This document shows, one piece after another, positions 44,628 through 53,447 of a DNA stretch of 58,955 bases (the first letter of the stretch is position 1; each line of letters begins with the position of its first letter). The notes beneath the pieces are model-generated. The model did no database searches. It saw only the letters and a program-made list of their open reading frames with translations, and was not told where the DNA came from. This DNA is from a virus (lineage: Duplodnaviria; Caudoviricetes). Made by a program: the position numbers and the translations under genes. Where the stretch lies: positions 1-58,955 of IMG/VR virus record IMGVR_UViG_3300043776_000546; one strand, given 5' to 3'.

Positions 44628-44803
44628 ACCCAACTGACGCCGAAGATGCCGTGGCCGCCTACATCCACTTCCGCGAAAAAGTCCAGCAAGCAGGGCTGCG
44701 TATGGAGCCAGCCACGATCATCCTGCTGATGATCGCCGAGCGCTTGAATCAGATCGGCCGCCGCTTGGACGACATCGACGAAAGCATCGACGAGCGCAAG
44801 TAA
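44624..44803 (+). CDS. Small hypothetical protein (59 aa)
   Basis: ATGA and TAATG overlaps; read manually. Confidence 0.6.
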   Translation: MNPTDAEDAVAAYIHFREKVQQAGLRMEPATIILLMIAERLNQIGRRLDDIDESIDERK

Positions 44804-45630
44804 TGCAATTCGTCCGCAAGAAGAAGCGTGGCGTCAACCACAAGGTTGCCCGGATGTGGTTCTCGAAGGAGGGCTACCGGATTACCTGGCGTAAGGAAGC
44901 CTTCGGCATTCGCGTGCCCGCGCGCTTCAAGGCGTGCGTCCGCGTGATGGTCCCCAACTACAGCGGCGAACATGGAACGTCGCGGGAGGTGTGGGACTTC
45001 CTCGGCAAGCCCCGTTTGTACAAGACGATGAATGCCGCCAAGGAGGATTGCGAACGGCACCTGCAATTATGGACGAAGGCGTGCGAGGCCACCGGCGTTC
45101 GGGGGCTGCTCGACGTGTTCGGCAAGCTGCCGGTAGTGATTCCCCTTTGGGCGCGAAAGAAGCTGAACCGCAAGGCACTGGCCATTTTGCTCGCTCCCAA
45201 TACCAATGACCGCGCGGAGGAAGATGACGAATGCCCCGAGAGTTCATCACCGGCTGGCGGCGAACCGAACCGAAGCGAAGCTGCCGCAGCCTCGCCGATT
45301 TCCGACGCCAACTCTTCCTCTGGAAGCCCGCGGCCTGGGTCGCCGCCAACCCCGACAAGTGGCCCTGCCTCGCCTGCCGAGGACGGGGATGGAACTACGA
45401 CCCCACGGACCCGCCGTGCCCGATCGAAGGCAACCGCTCACGACGAACCCTGGAATGTGCCACTTGCGGAGGAAGCGGCTGCGGCCCCCGCAAAGCAGTC
45501 GCGGAAGCGTACCGCCAACTCGTCGAAGCGTTCAAGACCGAGAAAGCCGACTACGACCGGCTCGTCAAAGTCTACAAAGCGGCGATCAAGAGGCTCACGG
45601 TCAAGCAAATCCGAGCCCTCAAAGAACTAG
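44803..45630 (+). CDS. Hypothetical protein with Ser/Arg-rich tail overlapping the next gene
   Basis: The N-terminal ~140 aa look globular; the tail is an alternative frame of 45231..45638. Confidence 0.55.
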   Translation: MQFVRKKKRGVNHKVARMWFSKEGYRITWRKEAFGIRVPARFKACVRVMVPNYSGEHGTSREVWDFLGKPRLYKTMNAAKEDCERHLQLWTKACEATGVRGLLDVFGKLPVVIPLWARKKLNRKALAILLAPNTNDRAEEDDECPESSSPAGGEPNRSEAAAASPISDANSSSGSPRPGSPPTPTSGPASPAEDGDGTTTPRTRRARSKATAHDEPWNVPLAEEAAAAPAKQSRKRTANSSKRSRPRKPTTTGSSKSTKRRSRGSRSSKSEPSKN

Positions 45631-45638
45631 GAATCTGA
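45231..45638 (+). CDS. DnaJ-type zinc-finger protein
   Basis: GGAGG upstream; CLACRGRG and CATCGGSG. Confidence 0.7.
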   Translation: MPREFITGWRRTEPKRSCRSLADFRRQLFLWKPAAWVAANPDKWPCLACRGRGWNYDPTDPPCPIEGNRSRRTLECATCGGSGCGPRKAVAEAYRQLVEAFKTEKADYDRLVKVYKAAIKRLTVKQIRALKELGI

Positions 45639-45640
45639 CG

Positions 45641-45970
45641 ATGGGAAAAGCCCTCGCACGACAGACCGACAACCGCGTGAGCATGGAAACCGCCACCAGC
45701 CTTAGCGGCCGGCGAGCGGAAATGGCCGCCCGCAAGCGAGCATTCCTTGCCGGCGACGAACACAGCCAAGGCAACCTAGCGGCCCTGCGTGAGAAGTTGC
45801 GGTCCGCGGACAAGGCCACGACCATCGCCACCCTCCACAAGATCGCGGACCAACACGGCCCGATGGAATACGACCGCGCCCTGAAACTTATCAACCCGAC
45901 TTACCGCGGCATGGACGTGATCCCCGAGAAGATCGCCGACATGAAGAGCATGAAGAAAGGAAAGAGGTGA
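45641..45970 (+). CDS. Hypothetical protein, paralog of 45976..46293
   Basis: Begins MGKALARQ. Confidence 0.65.
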   Translation: MGKALARQTDNRVSMETATSLSGRRAEMAARKRAFLAGDEHSQGNLAALREKLRSADKATTIATLHKIADQHGPMEYDRALKLINPTYRGMDVIPEKIADMKSMKKGKR

Positions 45971-45975
45971 CACCG

Positions 45976-46293
45976 ATGGGGAAAGCTCGCGCACGCCAAC
46001 TGCCGCTGACCAAGAGGAACCTGGCCGTCTCCGATGCCCAGTTCAAGACCGTGGGCAACCAGAAGGACCGCGGCAAGACGGAACTGATGGCCTTGCGGGA
46101 GACCATCAAGGCCCAGGCCCGCAGCCGGAAGGCCGCGCCCGTCAAGGTGCAAACCCTCCTGGGCCGCATCAAGAAGCAGTACGGCGATGCCGAGCTTCAG
46201 CGGGCACTGCGCGAGTTCAACCTGACGTTCAAGGGCATTACCCGCGATCCCGAGGAGGGCAAGAACCCGAGCCACTACGGCGGCGACAGGTGA
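45976..46293 (+). CDS. Hypothetical basic protein
   Basis: GAGG RBS; begins MGKARARQ. Confidence 0.7.
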   Translation: MGKARARQLPLTKRNLAVSDAQFKTVGNQKDRGKTELMALRETIKAQARSRKAAPVKVQTLLGRIKKQYGDAELQRALREFNLTFKGITRDPEEGKNPSHYGGDR

Positions 46294-46308
46294 GGGGATT
46301 TTACCACG

Positions 46309-46824
46309 ATGGCTGAATTCTGTCCCAAATGTGGAACGCCCTTAGAAACGGCCCAGGACCCGGCCCGGCTGTGCGACCTCTGCGGCTGGTTCGGCGATTG
46401 GACGGAGGTGCTCAGCAAGCCGCCGGCCGCAACGGAGGTCCAACCCGTCCGCTCCGTCATGCAGGCGCTCGCCTTCTACCGTGACGTTTGCCGGAAAGAG
46501 TTGGAAGCCGAAATCGTTTGCCGGGCGGGGAGAGTCACGGAGGCTGATCTGCGGAAGGTCCGCGTAGCAGCCCGCGAATGCCGAGATGCACTGGTCCAGT
46601 TATTCACAGCCCTGCACCGGCCGCACGCCGCGCCGCCGGCCGTCTTGAAGTACGTGAACGGCCTGGTGCCGTGGCCCCGCGAGTGGACCGACTACCGCTA
46701 CAACGCCTGCAACGAGCCGTGCGACATGCTCGTCGGCCCCTGTGCCTGTGGAGCTTGGCACCAGGATTCCGAGGATTGGGTCCGCGAAGTCTTAGCCCGA
46801 CACAACACGGTGATCCGACCATGA
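46309..46824 (+). CDS. Zinc-ribbon/Cys-rich protein
   Basis: CPKC..CDLC; CDMLVGPCACGAWH. Confidence 0.7.
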   Translation: MAEFCPKCGTPLETAQDPARLCDLCGWFGDWTEVLSKPPAATEVQPVRSVMQALAFYRDVCRKELEAEIVCRAGRVTEADLRKVRVAARECRDALVQLFTALHRPHAAPPAVLKYVNGLVPWPREWTDYRYNACNEPCDMLVGPCACGAWHQDSEDWVREVLARHNTVIRP

Positions 46825-47609
46825 AGAACCCGAAACTCTGTCCTGAGTGCGAGCGACCGTTGCAGATCGACCCGCGTTACTCCGTGTTGAGCGCCGAAGG
46901 CGTCGTGGCGGCGAACCCGACCGCGAAATGCTCGTGCGGCTGGCAAGGTGCATTCTCCTACGGCTTGACCGAGCCGCAGATACCGAATCCGAAGCCCGCC
47001 ATTCCCTATGTCTCCATCGACATCGAGACCACGGGGCTGGACCCCGAAACCTGCCAAATCCTGGAGATCGGGGCCGTCTTCGACGATTGGACGCTTTCAA
47101 TCCGGGACCTGCCCACGTTCCATTGCTACGTGGTCCACAAGCAGATCGTCGGCCAGCCGTTCGCCCTGGCACTGAACACGGCCATCCTCCGCAAGCTGGC
47201 CAATCCACCGCCCAACAACGGCCGGCACTGGCCGCCCACCAGCGATGCGTACAATCCGGGCGACATTTTCCTGCGGCCGGACGACGTGGCCGGCGACATG
47301 GCCACCTGGCTTCAGTGTCTCGGATGGGACATGAGCAAGGCCATTACACCGGCCGGCAAGAACTTCGCCTCCTTCGACCGGCAATTCCTCAAGCGGCTCG
47401 ACGGTTTGGAGAGGAAGTTCCGTTTGCACCACCGCACGCTGGACCCGGCCCCGCTCTACTGGTTGCCGACCGACGAGAAGCTGCCCGACAGCAAGGCGTG
47501 CTACGAGCGGGCCGGCATGAATCCCACGGTGGCCCACACCGCCGTGGAAGACGCGATAAGCGTGGTGCAACTGCTCCGCACGGGCGTCAAACGCTTGAGG
47601 CCCCACTGA
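46821..47609 (+). CDS. Zinc ribbon plus DEDDh exonuclease
   Basis: CPEC..CSC; IDIETTG, GKNFASFD and HTAVED motifs. Confidence 0.85.
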   Translation: MKNPKLCPECERPLQIDPRYSVLSAEGVVAANPTAKCSCGWQGAFSYGLTEPQIPNPKPAIPYVSIDIETTGLDPETCQILEIGAVFDDWTLSIRDLPTFHCYVVHKQIVGQPFALALNTAILRKLANPPPNNGRHWPPTSDAYNPGDIFLRPDDVAGDMATWLQCLGWDMSKAITPAGKNFASFDRQFLKRLDGLERKFRLHHRTLDPAPLYWLPTDEKLPDSKACYERAGMNPTVAHTAVEDAISVVQLLRTGVKRLRPH

Positions 47610-48283
47610 TGCACCGCCAAACCCTGCTCAACGGAGCCATCGAACTGCACTCCCAGCCGGCCACCCGGCAGGACGAGTGGGTGATTGAGCACACCCACGG
47701 TCTGAAGGGCGGCTACTTCATCGAGTGCGGCATCAACGACGGTCTGCGGCACAGCAACACGCTGGCCCTGGAGCGATCCTTCGGCTGGACCGGCCTGCTT
47801 GTCGAGGCCGACCCGTACTTGAGCGATCAGGCGCAAGAGAATCGCCCCGCCTGCCAGCACGCGACCCGCGCCTTGAGCGTGACGACGGATTCCACGGTGC
47901 AGTTCACCCGCGGCGGCCAGTGGGGCGGCCTGACGGCCTTCCTCCCGGACGCCTGGCGGCGCGAGCACGAGCATCGGCGGGCACCGATCATCTGGGTCAC
48001 GACCATCACGCTTTACGACCTGCTTCGCCAATACAAGGCCCCAGAGACGATCGACTATTTCTCGCTCGACATCGAAGGGGCCGAGGTGCCGGTCTTGGAG
48101 GACTATTTCCACCATGCGATGCACCGCTTCCGCTGCCTCACGGTCGAGTACCGCGAGGATGCCGGCGAACTGATGCGGCTCCGCCGCATCCTGGAACCCC
48201 ACGGCTACATCCTGGATCGCACCCGCGCGTGGGATGCGTTCTTCTACCATGAGTCCCTCACCCGATTTGGAGACCGCTCGTGA
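47609..48283 (+). CDS. FkbM-family methyltransferase
   Basis: SQ..QD, FIECGINDG..SNT, WTGLLVEAD and IDYFSLDIEGAE motifs. Confidence 0.88.
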   Translation: MHRQTLLNGAIELHSQPATRQDEWVIEHTHGLKGGYFIECGINDGLRHSNTLALERSFGWTGLLVEADPYLSDQAQENRPACQHATRALSVTTDSTVQFTRGGQWGGLTAFLPDAWRREHEHRRAPIIWVTTITLYDLLRQYKAPETIDYFSLDIEGAEVPVLEDYFHHAMHRFRCLTVEYREDAGELMRLRRILEPHGYILDRTRAWDAFFYHESLTRFGDRS

Positions 48284-48720
48284 ACAATCAGCCCGTTGCC
48301 GCGACAACCATTGCCGCCCGAACCCTCACCGAACTTGCCACCGGCATCATCGCGGACCTGGAAGCGAATCCGCCGCAGAGCCTCACCGAGGCCCGCCTGA
48401 AGCTGAAAGACCTGCTGGCGGCCTTGCGCGGCTCCATCGAGGAGCAGATGGTCAGGACGAAGACGCAGAATGCGCCCGACTACCAGGCCGCCATCGGCGA
48501 CGTGCAAATCCGCATGGAGGCCGTGGCCGCCGTGCTGCTGGCCATCACCGATCTGGAGAAGGCCGAGACCGCGGCGGCTGCCGCCTTGGAGCGGACCTTC
48601 AAGAAGCTCCACGCGCCCCGCACGGAAGCCCGTGTCTGGCGGAAGCTGGCCATCGCCACCGAAGTCGCGCTTGTGTCCGCCATGTCGGCCGACACCAGCC
48701 CCAACACCACCGTTTCCTGA
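48280..48720 (+). CDS. Helical hypothetical protein
   Basis: GGAG RBS with GTG start. Confidence 0.65.
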   Translation: MNNQPVAATTIAARTLTELATGIIADLEANPPQSLTEARLKLKDLLAALRGSIEEQMVRTKTQNAPDYQAAIGDVQIRMEAVAAVLLAITDLEKAETAAAAALERTFKKLHAPRTEARVWRKLAIATEVALVSAMSADTSPNTTVS

Positions 48721-48749
48721 CTCGTTCCTGTCACCTTTGGAGAAGTCCC

Positions 48750-49055
48750 ATGTTCGAGAAGCTGAATCAGGCCGCTCAAGCGGCCGAGGCCGCCGTGGAG
48801 AAAGTTGTCACGGCCGTCGAAACCGAAGTCGGAGCCCTGACGCAGGCCGCCAAGCCCGCCGAGCAGGCGGCATCCGCCGCCGTGCAGCAGGCCGCCCCCG
48901 CCATGCAGCAGGCCACCGCAACCGTCGAGCAGGCGGCGTCTGCCGCCATGCAGCAGGCCGAGACCGCCGTGCAACAGGCCGCCGCCCCGGCCACCCCGCC
49001 GGCCCCCGCGGCTCCCGCCGCCCCGGCTGCCCCGGACGCCCCGGCGTCCGTGTAG
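48750..49055 (+). CDS. Ala/Gln/Pro-rich low-complexity protein
   Basis: GGAG RBS; EQAASAA(V/M)QQA repeats; PAA tail. Confidence 0.7.
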   Translation: MFEKLNQAAQAAEAAVEKVVTAVETEVGALTQAAKPAEQAASAAVQQAAPAMQQATATVEQAASAAMQQAETAVQQAAAPATPPAPAAPAAPAAPDAPASV

Positions 49056-49056
49056 C

Positions 49057-49219
49057 GTGCAAGGGTTCGCGGCTACCCGTAGGGCGCAATCGTCCAAACC
49101 GCCGGAGACGGCCGCCGTGACCGGGGACCAGCACAAGATGCTGGCGAGACCGGAACCGACCTACGACTTACCGCTCCCGTGAGAGCGGCTTCGCCGGTCC
49201 ACAAGACCGGCTCTTGCGC
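49057..49219 (+). ncRNA. Candidate multi-stem structured RNA
   Basis: Closing helix plus at least five internal stems. Confidence 0.45.
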
Positions 49220-49251
49220 TCATCGTCTAAGCATCTCCCGCGGGGCATCCC

Positions 49252-49638
49252 ATGCGCGACACGTACACCGATCGCCTCCTCAGCTATTGGGACCCGGGCC
49301 TTCGTGGCTTCAAGCATGAGGGCTACACGCACGGGGCGTCCGACGTGAGCAGCATGTGCGGCGATGAAGTCGAGTTCCGACTGGTCATTGGCGAAGGCGG
49401 CCTGGAAGTCGTGGATGTCGTGGCGAGCGGTTGCTGCATCAGCGAGTGCTGCGCCGCCATGCTCGCCGAGTTGGCCCGCGGGAAGCCGCTGGCCTGGCTC
49501 GACACGTTCTATGACGCCGACTGGGACCGGCACGTCAATGTCCTGGTGCCCGCCAGCCGGCGGAAGTCGTGCATGATGTTGCCCCTGCAATGTCTGCGCA
49601 AGGCCGCAGGCACGGAGTTGACCGATGCCCAGCACTGA
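49252..49638 (+). CDS. IscU/SufU-like Fe-S scaffold protein
   Basis: CGDEV, GCCISECCAAMLAEL..GK and RKSCMMLP, giving three Cys sites. Confidence 0.82.
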   Translation: MRDTYTDRLLSYWDPGLRGFKHEGYTHGASDVSSMCGDEVEFRLVIGEGGLEVVDVVASGCCISECCAAMLAELARGKPLAWLDTFYDADWDRHVNVLVPASRRKSCMMLPLQCLRKAAGTELTDAQH

Positions 49639-49792
49639 CGTTGACAGCAGCAAGATTGTGATTCTCACCGAGGCCGAAGCCCGGCGAGTCTACGAGTACC
49701 TCAGTGGGCCTTGTCCGCGCGACGCCTTGGAACAAAGGCTGGCGGACAAGATTGCCCGCGACCTGGACCTTCCACCCCTGGAGTAAGCACCG

Positions 49793-50293
49793 ATGTTTTT
49801 GCACGACCATCCCGACCTGGAAGCCGTGAAGGGTCTCGACGGCAGCCACGTCATCGTGGACCGAGTTGAGTGGCAGCAGGCACGGCTCCAATTGGACGCC
49901 GGAACGCCCAACTACCTCGCCCTCAGCAAGCGGAACCTGCTCACCCTCTTGCACAAGCTGGTCATGGGCGACAGCGAGCGGGCCTTGATTAAGCCGGGTC
50001 TGGGTGGCCCCACCTACGTCACGGTGGTCACGGACGAGGAAGCCTACCGGAACCGTGCGCCGGGCCCGATGCACCCGCAGACCGAGACGTTCATTCGTCT
50101 CGCCGACCGGGCCCTGAAGGTGGCCGCGAAGCAGATGCAGACCGACGCGAATCCGCCGACCTGGGCCATCAACGCCGCCCGCGACCTAGCCAAACGGGAC
50201 GGCTTCTGCGCCTCCGACACCTGCTGTTGTTCCGAAATGGTCCGGGACGCCAAGGTCATCGCCGCGGCCCACGACGCCTACTTCGAGGAGTAG
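49793..50293 (+). CDS. Hypothetical protein
   Basis: GGAG RBS; GC3 bias. Confidence 0.65.
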   Translation: MFLHDHPDLEAVKGLDGSHVIVDRVEWQQARLQLDAGTPNYLALSKRNLLTLLHKLVMGDSERALIKPGLGGPTYVTVVTDEEAYRNRAPGPMHPQTETFIRLADRALKVAAKQMQTDANPPTWAINAARDLAKRDGFCASDTCCCSEMVRDAKVIAAAHDAYFEE

Positions 50294-50299
50294 AGGGCG

Positions 50300-50494
50300 T
50301 TGAACCACTACTACGTCCGCGCGATCGTGTGTGACCGTGACACGGAGAAGATGGTCGCCGAAGACCGCATCTTCGACGTGTTCTTCGACCACGGCGACTG
50401 GTATCCCGCGTGGCAAAAGGAGTTCGGCCACCGGTGGAAGTTGCAGGAGGTCATATCCGTTGACGTAGCACACCCCGACGCAGCACTCGCATGA
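50300..50494 (+). CDS. Small hypothetical protein
   Basis: In operon; TTG start. Confidence 0.55.
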   Translation: MNHYYVRAIVCDRDTEKMVAEDRIFDVFFDHGDWYPAWQKEFGHRWKLQEVISVDVAHPDAALA

Positions 50495-50612
50495 GAACCA
50501 TAGATGTTCGATGGGCCCCAGCCCATTGCGTGGAGGTGCGCACCCACGCCGGCCACAGCTACAAGAGCCACAGCGTCCGTGCGCACCGGATCGCCAAACT
50601 GCGAGGGGAGTA

Positions 50613-51083
50613 ATGCGCACGCGACTAACCGGTGGGCCACGGTTCCTCGGCCAACGAGACAGCTACCATTGTGGCCCAATTGCCCTGCTCAACCTGGACA
50701 AGTGGCTCGGCTGCAAGGTGACTCGTCGTGACCTGCCGCGCTACACCCGGCTGCTGGGATGCTGCCGCCGGCACGGGACGCCGGCCGAGAACTTTTGGCG
50801 GACCACCGGCCAAAATGGCGGCCCGCTGACCTACCGCCGCTTCAAGCGCCAGATCGAATCGGGCACGGCGGCCGTGGTCCTGACAAAGTATCCAGCGCGC
50901 AATGGCCCCTGGCACTATTACCTGGTTCCCTGCACCGGCTGCCAAGTGCAAGACAAGTGGCATGGATTCATCGCCATCAACTTCGCACGCGCCCGCGGGA
51001 CAGTGACGCTGCTCACCTGGCCGCACATGAAATGGCTGCTGCGGCATAGCACCGTTTGGCTCTTTCCAAGGAAGTGCCCATGA
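50613..51083 (+). CDS. C39-like cysteine peptidase
   Basis: QRDSYHCGPIAL (Q..C) and WHYYLV motifs. Confidence 0.65.
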   Translation: MRTRLTGGPRFLGQRDSYHCGPIALLNLDKWLGCKVTRRDLPRYTRLLGCCRRHGTPAENFWRTTGQNGGPLTYRRFKRQIESGTAAVVLTKYPARNGPWHYYLVPCTGCQVQDKWHGFIAINFARARGTVTLLTWPHMKWLLRHSTVWLFPRKCP

Positions 51084-51367
51084 AGATTTCTCAGTGGATC
51101 GAGCTGCTTCAAGGCATGGACCCGGAAACGGAAGCCTCGTGCATGTACGAGAGCGAAGCCGCCATCGTCCTGAACGCAATGCCCACCACGGTCCCGAACC
51201 CGGACCCCATCCGCGTGCTGCACGAGTTGTTCGAGGTCGGCGACCTGGAAGACCATTTCTATGCCATCCGCGAGCGGGAAGGGCAGGGCTGGGACGGTCC
51301 ACTGATGCTCCGGTGGGGCAAAGCGTGCGCCGATGCCCGGCAAGTCCTCCAAGGTTTCAAGCCGTGA
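51080..51367 (+). CDS. Hypothetical protein
   Basis: ATGA overlap. Confidence 0.6.
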   Translation: MKISQWIELLQGMDPETEASCMYESEAAIVLNAMPTTVPNPDPIRVLHELFEVGDLEDHFYAIREREGQGWDGPLMLRWGKACADARQVLQGFKP

Positions 51368-51663
51368 GGCCCTGGCTGCGGATCAAAGTCTGCGACTCCA
51401 TCCCGCAAGGCTTCACGTCGTCGGACGTGGCCTGCTACCACCCCGCCAAGCGAACCATTTGGATCATTCGTCGCCTCCCGAAGCTGCAATTTGTCTGGAC
51501 CCTGATCCACGAGCTAGGCCACTGGCTGCTGGACCTGGCAGGTTGCCGATCCAACCAACACCACCACTACGACCGGCTCTGGAAGGTCCTGGACCCGTAC
51601 CCGGTCAACCGTGAAGCCCTGGGAATCGCCACGAATCACTCTAATTTCACCGCGGGACGTTGA
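51364..51663 (+). CDS. Small HExxH (ImmA/IrrE-like) metallopeptidase
   Basis: WTLIHELGHW. Confidence 0.6.
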   Translation: MRPWLRIKVCDSIPQGFTSSDVACYHPAKRTIWIIRRLPKLQFVWTLIHELGHWLLDLAGCRSNQHHHYDRLWKVLDPYPVNREALGIATNHSNFTAGR

Positions 51664-51676
51664 TTTAACTATTAGG
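51638..51676 (+). promoter_or_regulatory. Bipartite motif, copy 4 of 5
   Basis: ACTCTAA-N14-GTTGATTTAACTATTAGG, running directly into the AGGAGG RBS. Confidence 0.75.
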
Positions 51677-51685
51677 AGGCAACAC

Positions 51686-52099
51686 ATGAGCGAAACGAAA
51701 ACCGCCCGAGCGTCGGTCGAATTGACCAAGAACGACGAGGGCACCTGGTTGAACGTCGAGATCGCCGGCCGCAAGGCCCAACTCTCGCTGAACAACAGCA
51801 ACCACGGGCCGATGGTGTCGAGCATCCTGGCCGAGTGGGGCGAGAGCCACTTCAAGCCGACCGGCTTCACGAAGAAGGCCATCGTCCTGATTACCGAATG
51901 CCTGATCGCCGGCTTTATGACCGTGCTGCTCGTCGGAATCATCGGCGGTGCCTTGTATCTCTGCTACGTCCACGCCGGCAGCATGGCCGAGGGCTTCGGC
52001 CTGGCCATCGGGGCGGGCCTGCTGGGCGGAGCCGTCCGGTACTTCAAGACGACCCGCCGGGTGCTCAGCCATCTGAGCGGAGGCAAGCTGTTCCAATGA
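51686..52099 (+). CDS. Membrane protein
   Basis: AGGAGG RBS; two transmembrane helices. Confidence 0.7.
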   Translation: MSETKTARASVELTKNDEGTWLNVEIAGRKAQLSLNNSNHGPMVSSILAEWGESHFKPTGFTKKAIVLITECLIAGFMTVLLVGIIGGALYLCYVHAGSMAEGFGLAIGAGLLGGAVRYFKTTRRVLSHLSGGKLFQ

Positions 52100-52242
52100 A
52101 CCGGCTCACCACCATCGTCCGTGAAATCCGCTACGACGGCAGCGTCTTCGAGGTCCGGGTCTACTTGGACGCCTGGATTGAACTGTTCATGGACGGCCAC
52201 TGCTTCAAGAGCTATCTCCACGGGCCAACCACGGCGTAACCG

Positions 52243-52440
52243 ATGGCACGTTCCCAGTACATCTACTTCGTCCGCTCCAAGCAGTGCGGCACCTTGCTGG
52301 GTGCCTTTACGGTGAAGCACGAAGCGCACGCCTGGGCCAAGGACCACTCCGGCCACCCGCTGGAGACCCTGCAACTGTCGTCCATGCGGGATGGCGTCCA
52401 CGGCGACAAGACCGAGAACAAGATCGACTGGCCGGAATAG
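52243..52440 (+). CDS. Small hypothetical protein
   Basis: GC3 bias. Confidence 0.6.
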   Translation: MARSQYIYFVRSKQCGTLLGAFTVKHEAHAWAKDHSGHPLETLQLSSMRDGVHGDKTENKIDWPE

Positions 52441-52444
52441 CAAC

Positions 52445-52921
52445 ATGGTCATCAACACAACGCCACACTTGGTCTTGCCGCCAACCAGCATCGCTGACGG
52501 CGGAAGCATCCGTGCCCTAATCGACCAGATGCTTGGCGAGATCATCGACTTGGGGCTTGATCCCGATGCTACACCGGCCAACACGAAGCGTAATCCGAAG
52601 TTCGCGCGGGTCGCAAAACTCTGGCTGAAGGACAAGCGGTGCATCGTGTGCGGCGGCCGAACGCGGCTGCAAGCACACCACAAGTTCCCGTTTCATCTGT
52701 TCCCGTCACTCGAAATGGACGAACGCTACTGGCGTCCCTTGTGTGAAGGGGATCACCGGCTGAATTGTCACCTCTTGGTTGGACACGGCGGGGACTTTTC
52801 CGGCTTCAATCCATTGGTCGATGAAGTCGCCGGCATCATGCACTTCATCCTGCGGACCAACGGCGTCTTGCTCCATGCGATCCGCGAGCAGGCCCGCCGC
52901 GAGAATCCACCCAGGAAATAG
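52445..52921 (+). CDS. HNH endonuclease-like protein
   Basis: CIVC..AHH..LC..CH..GH pattern. Confidence 0.75.
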   Translation: MVINTTPHLVLPPTSIADGGSIRALIDQMLGEIIDLGLDPDATPANTKRNPKFARVAKLWLKDKRCIVCGGRTRLQAHHKFPFHLFPSLEMDERYWRPLCEGDHRLNCHLLVGHGGDFSGFNPLVDEVAGIMHFILRTNGVLLHAIREQARRENPPRK

Positions 52922-52941
52922 GTCCGCAAGGACTTCCGGCT

Positions 52942-53181
52942 ATGGGACAGCGTGAATCCGACTACGACGACATCCCCCGGCACCGCAAGCGGGCCTGCAA
53001 GCCGCGGCGCAAGAAGTTCGGCATCGAGCAGTGGTCCAAGTGGTTCAAGGAGTGGTGCCACCGGACCTGGTACGTCACCGAGAAGGCCCGCGACCAGGCC
53101 CTCGAAGACCTGAAGAAGCACACCTGCAACATCTTCAAGATGACCGGCGAAGAGCCCAAGTTCCGAAGGATCAACCGGTGA
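52942..53181 (+). CDS. Small basic protein
   Basis: AAGGA RBS. Confidence 0.6.
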   Translation: MGQRESDYDDIPRHRKRACKPRRKKFGIEQWSKWFKEWCHRTWYVTEKARDQALEDLKKHTCNIFKMTGEEPKFRRINR

Positions 53182-53447
53182 GCGACCTGGCCGCCCTCCT
53201 TACCGACGTAGAAGCCGCCTTGGAGCTGGCCTACCAAATGGGCCGGCTCGAAGTCACGGGCCAGGTCAACATCCAGCGAATCCGGGCCTTGAAGGAACGC
53301 TACGACAGCCTGCGGGAGCAACTGGAAACCACCCCGAGCGACGAGTTGATCCGCAAGGCGAATCGCTTGCGACGACAGCTTCGCCGGGCCTGCGAGGTTG
53401 GCATCCGCAACGAAGCCCAATTGGAGAAACTGACCGATGCCGGGTGA
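53178..53447 (+). CDS. Hypothetical protein
   Basis: GTGA overlap. Confidence 0.6.
   Translation: MSDLAALLTDVEAALELAYQMGRLEVTGQVNIQRIRALKERYDSLREQLETTPSDELIRKANRLRRQLRRACEVGIRNEAQLEKLTDAG

Noticed and set aside
46578-48283. Long N-terminal extensions in the ORF track (46578, 46847; likewise 35047, 36367, 42054, 45206)
   Set aside because: The extensions are alternative frames of upstream genes. True starts were placed at RBS or overlap-supported codons.
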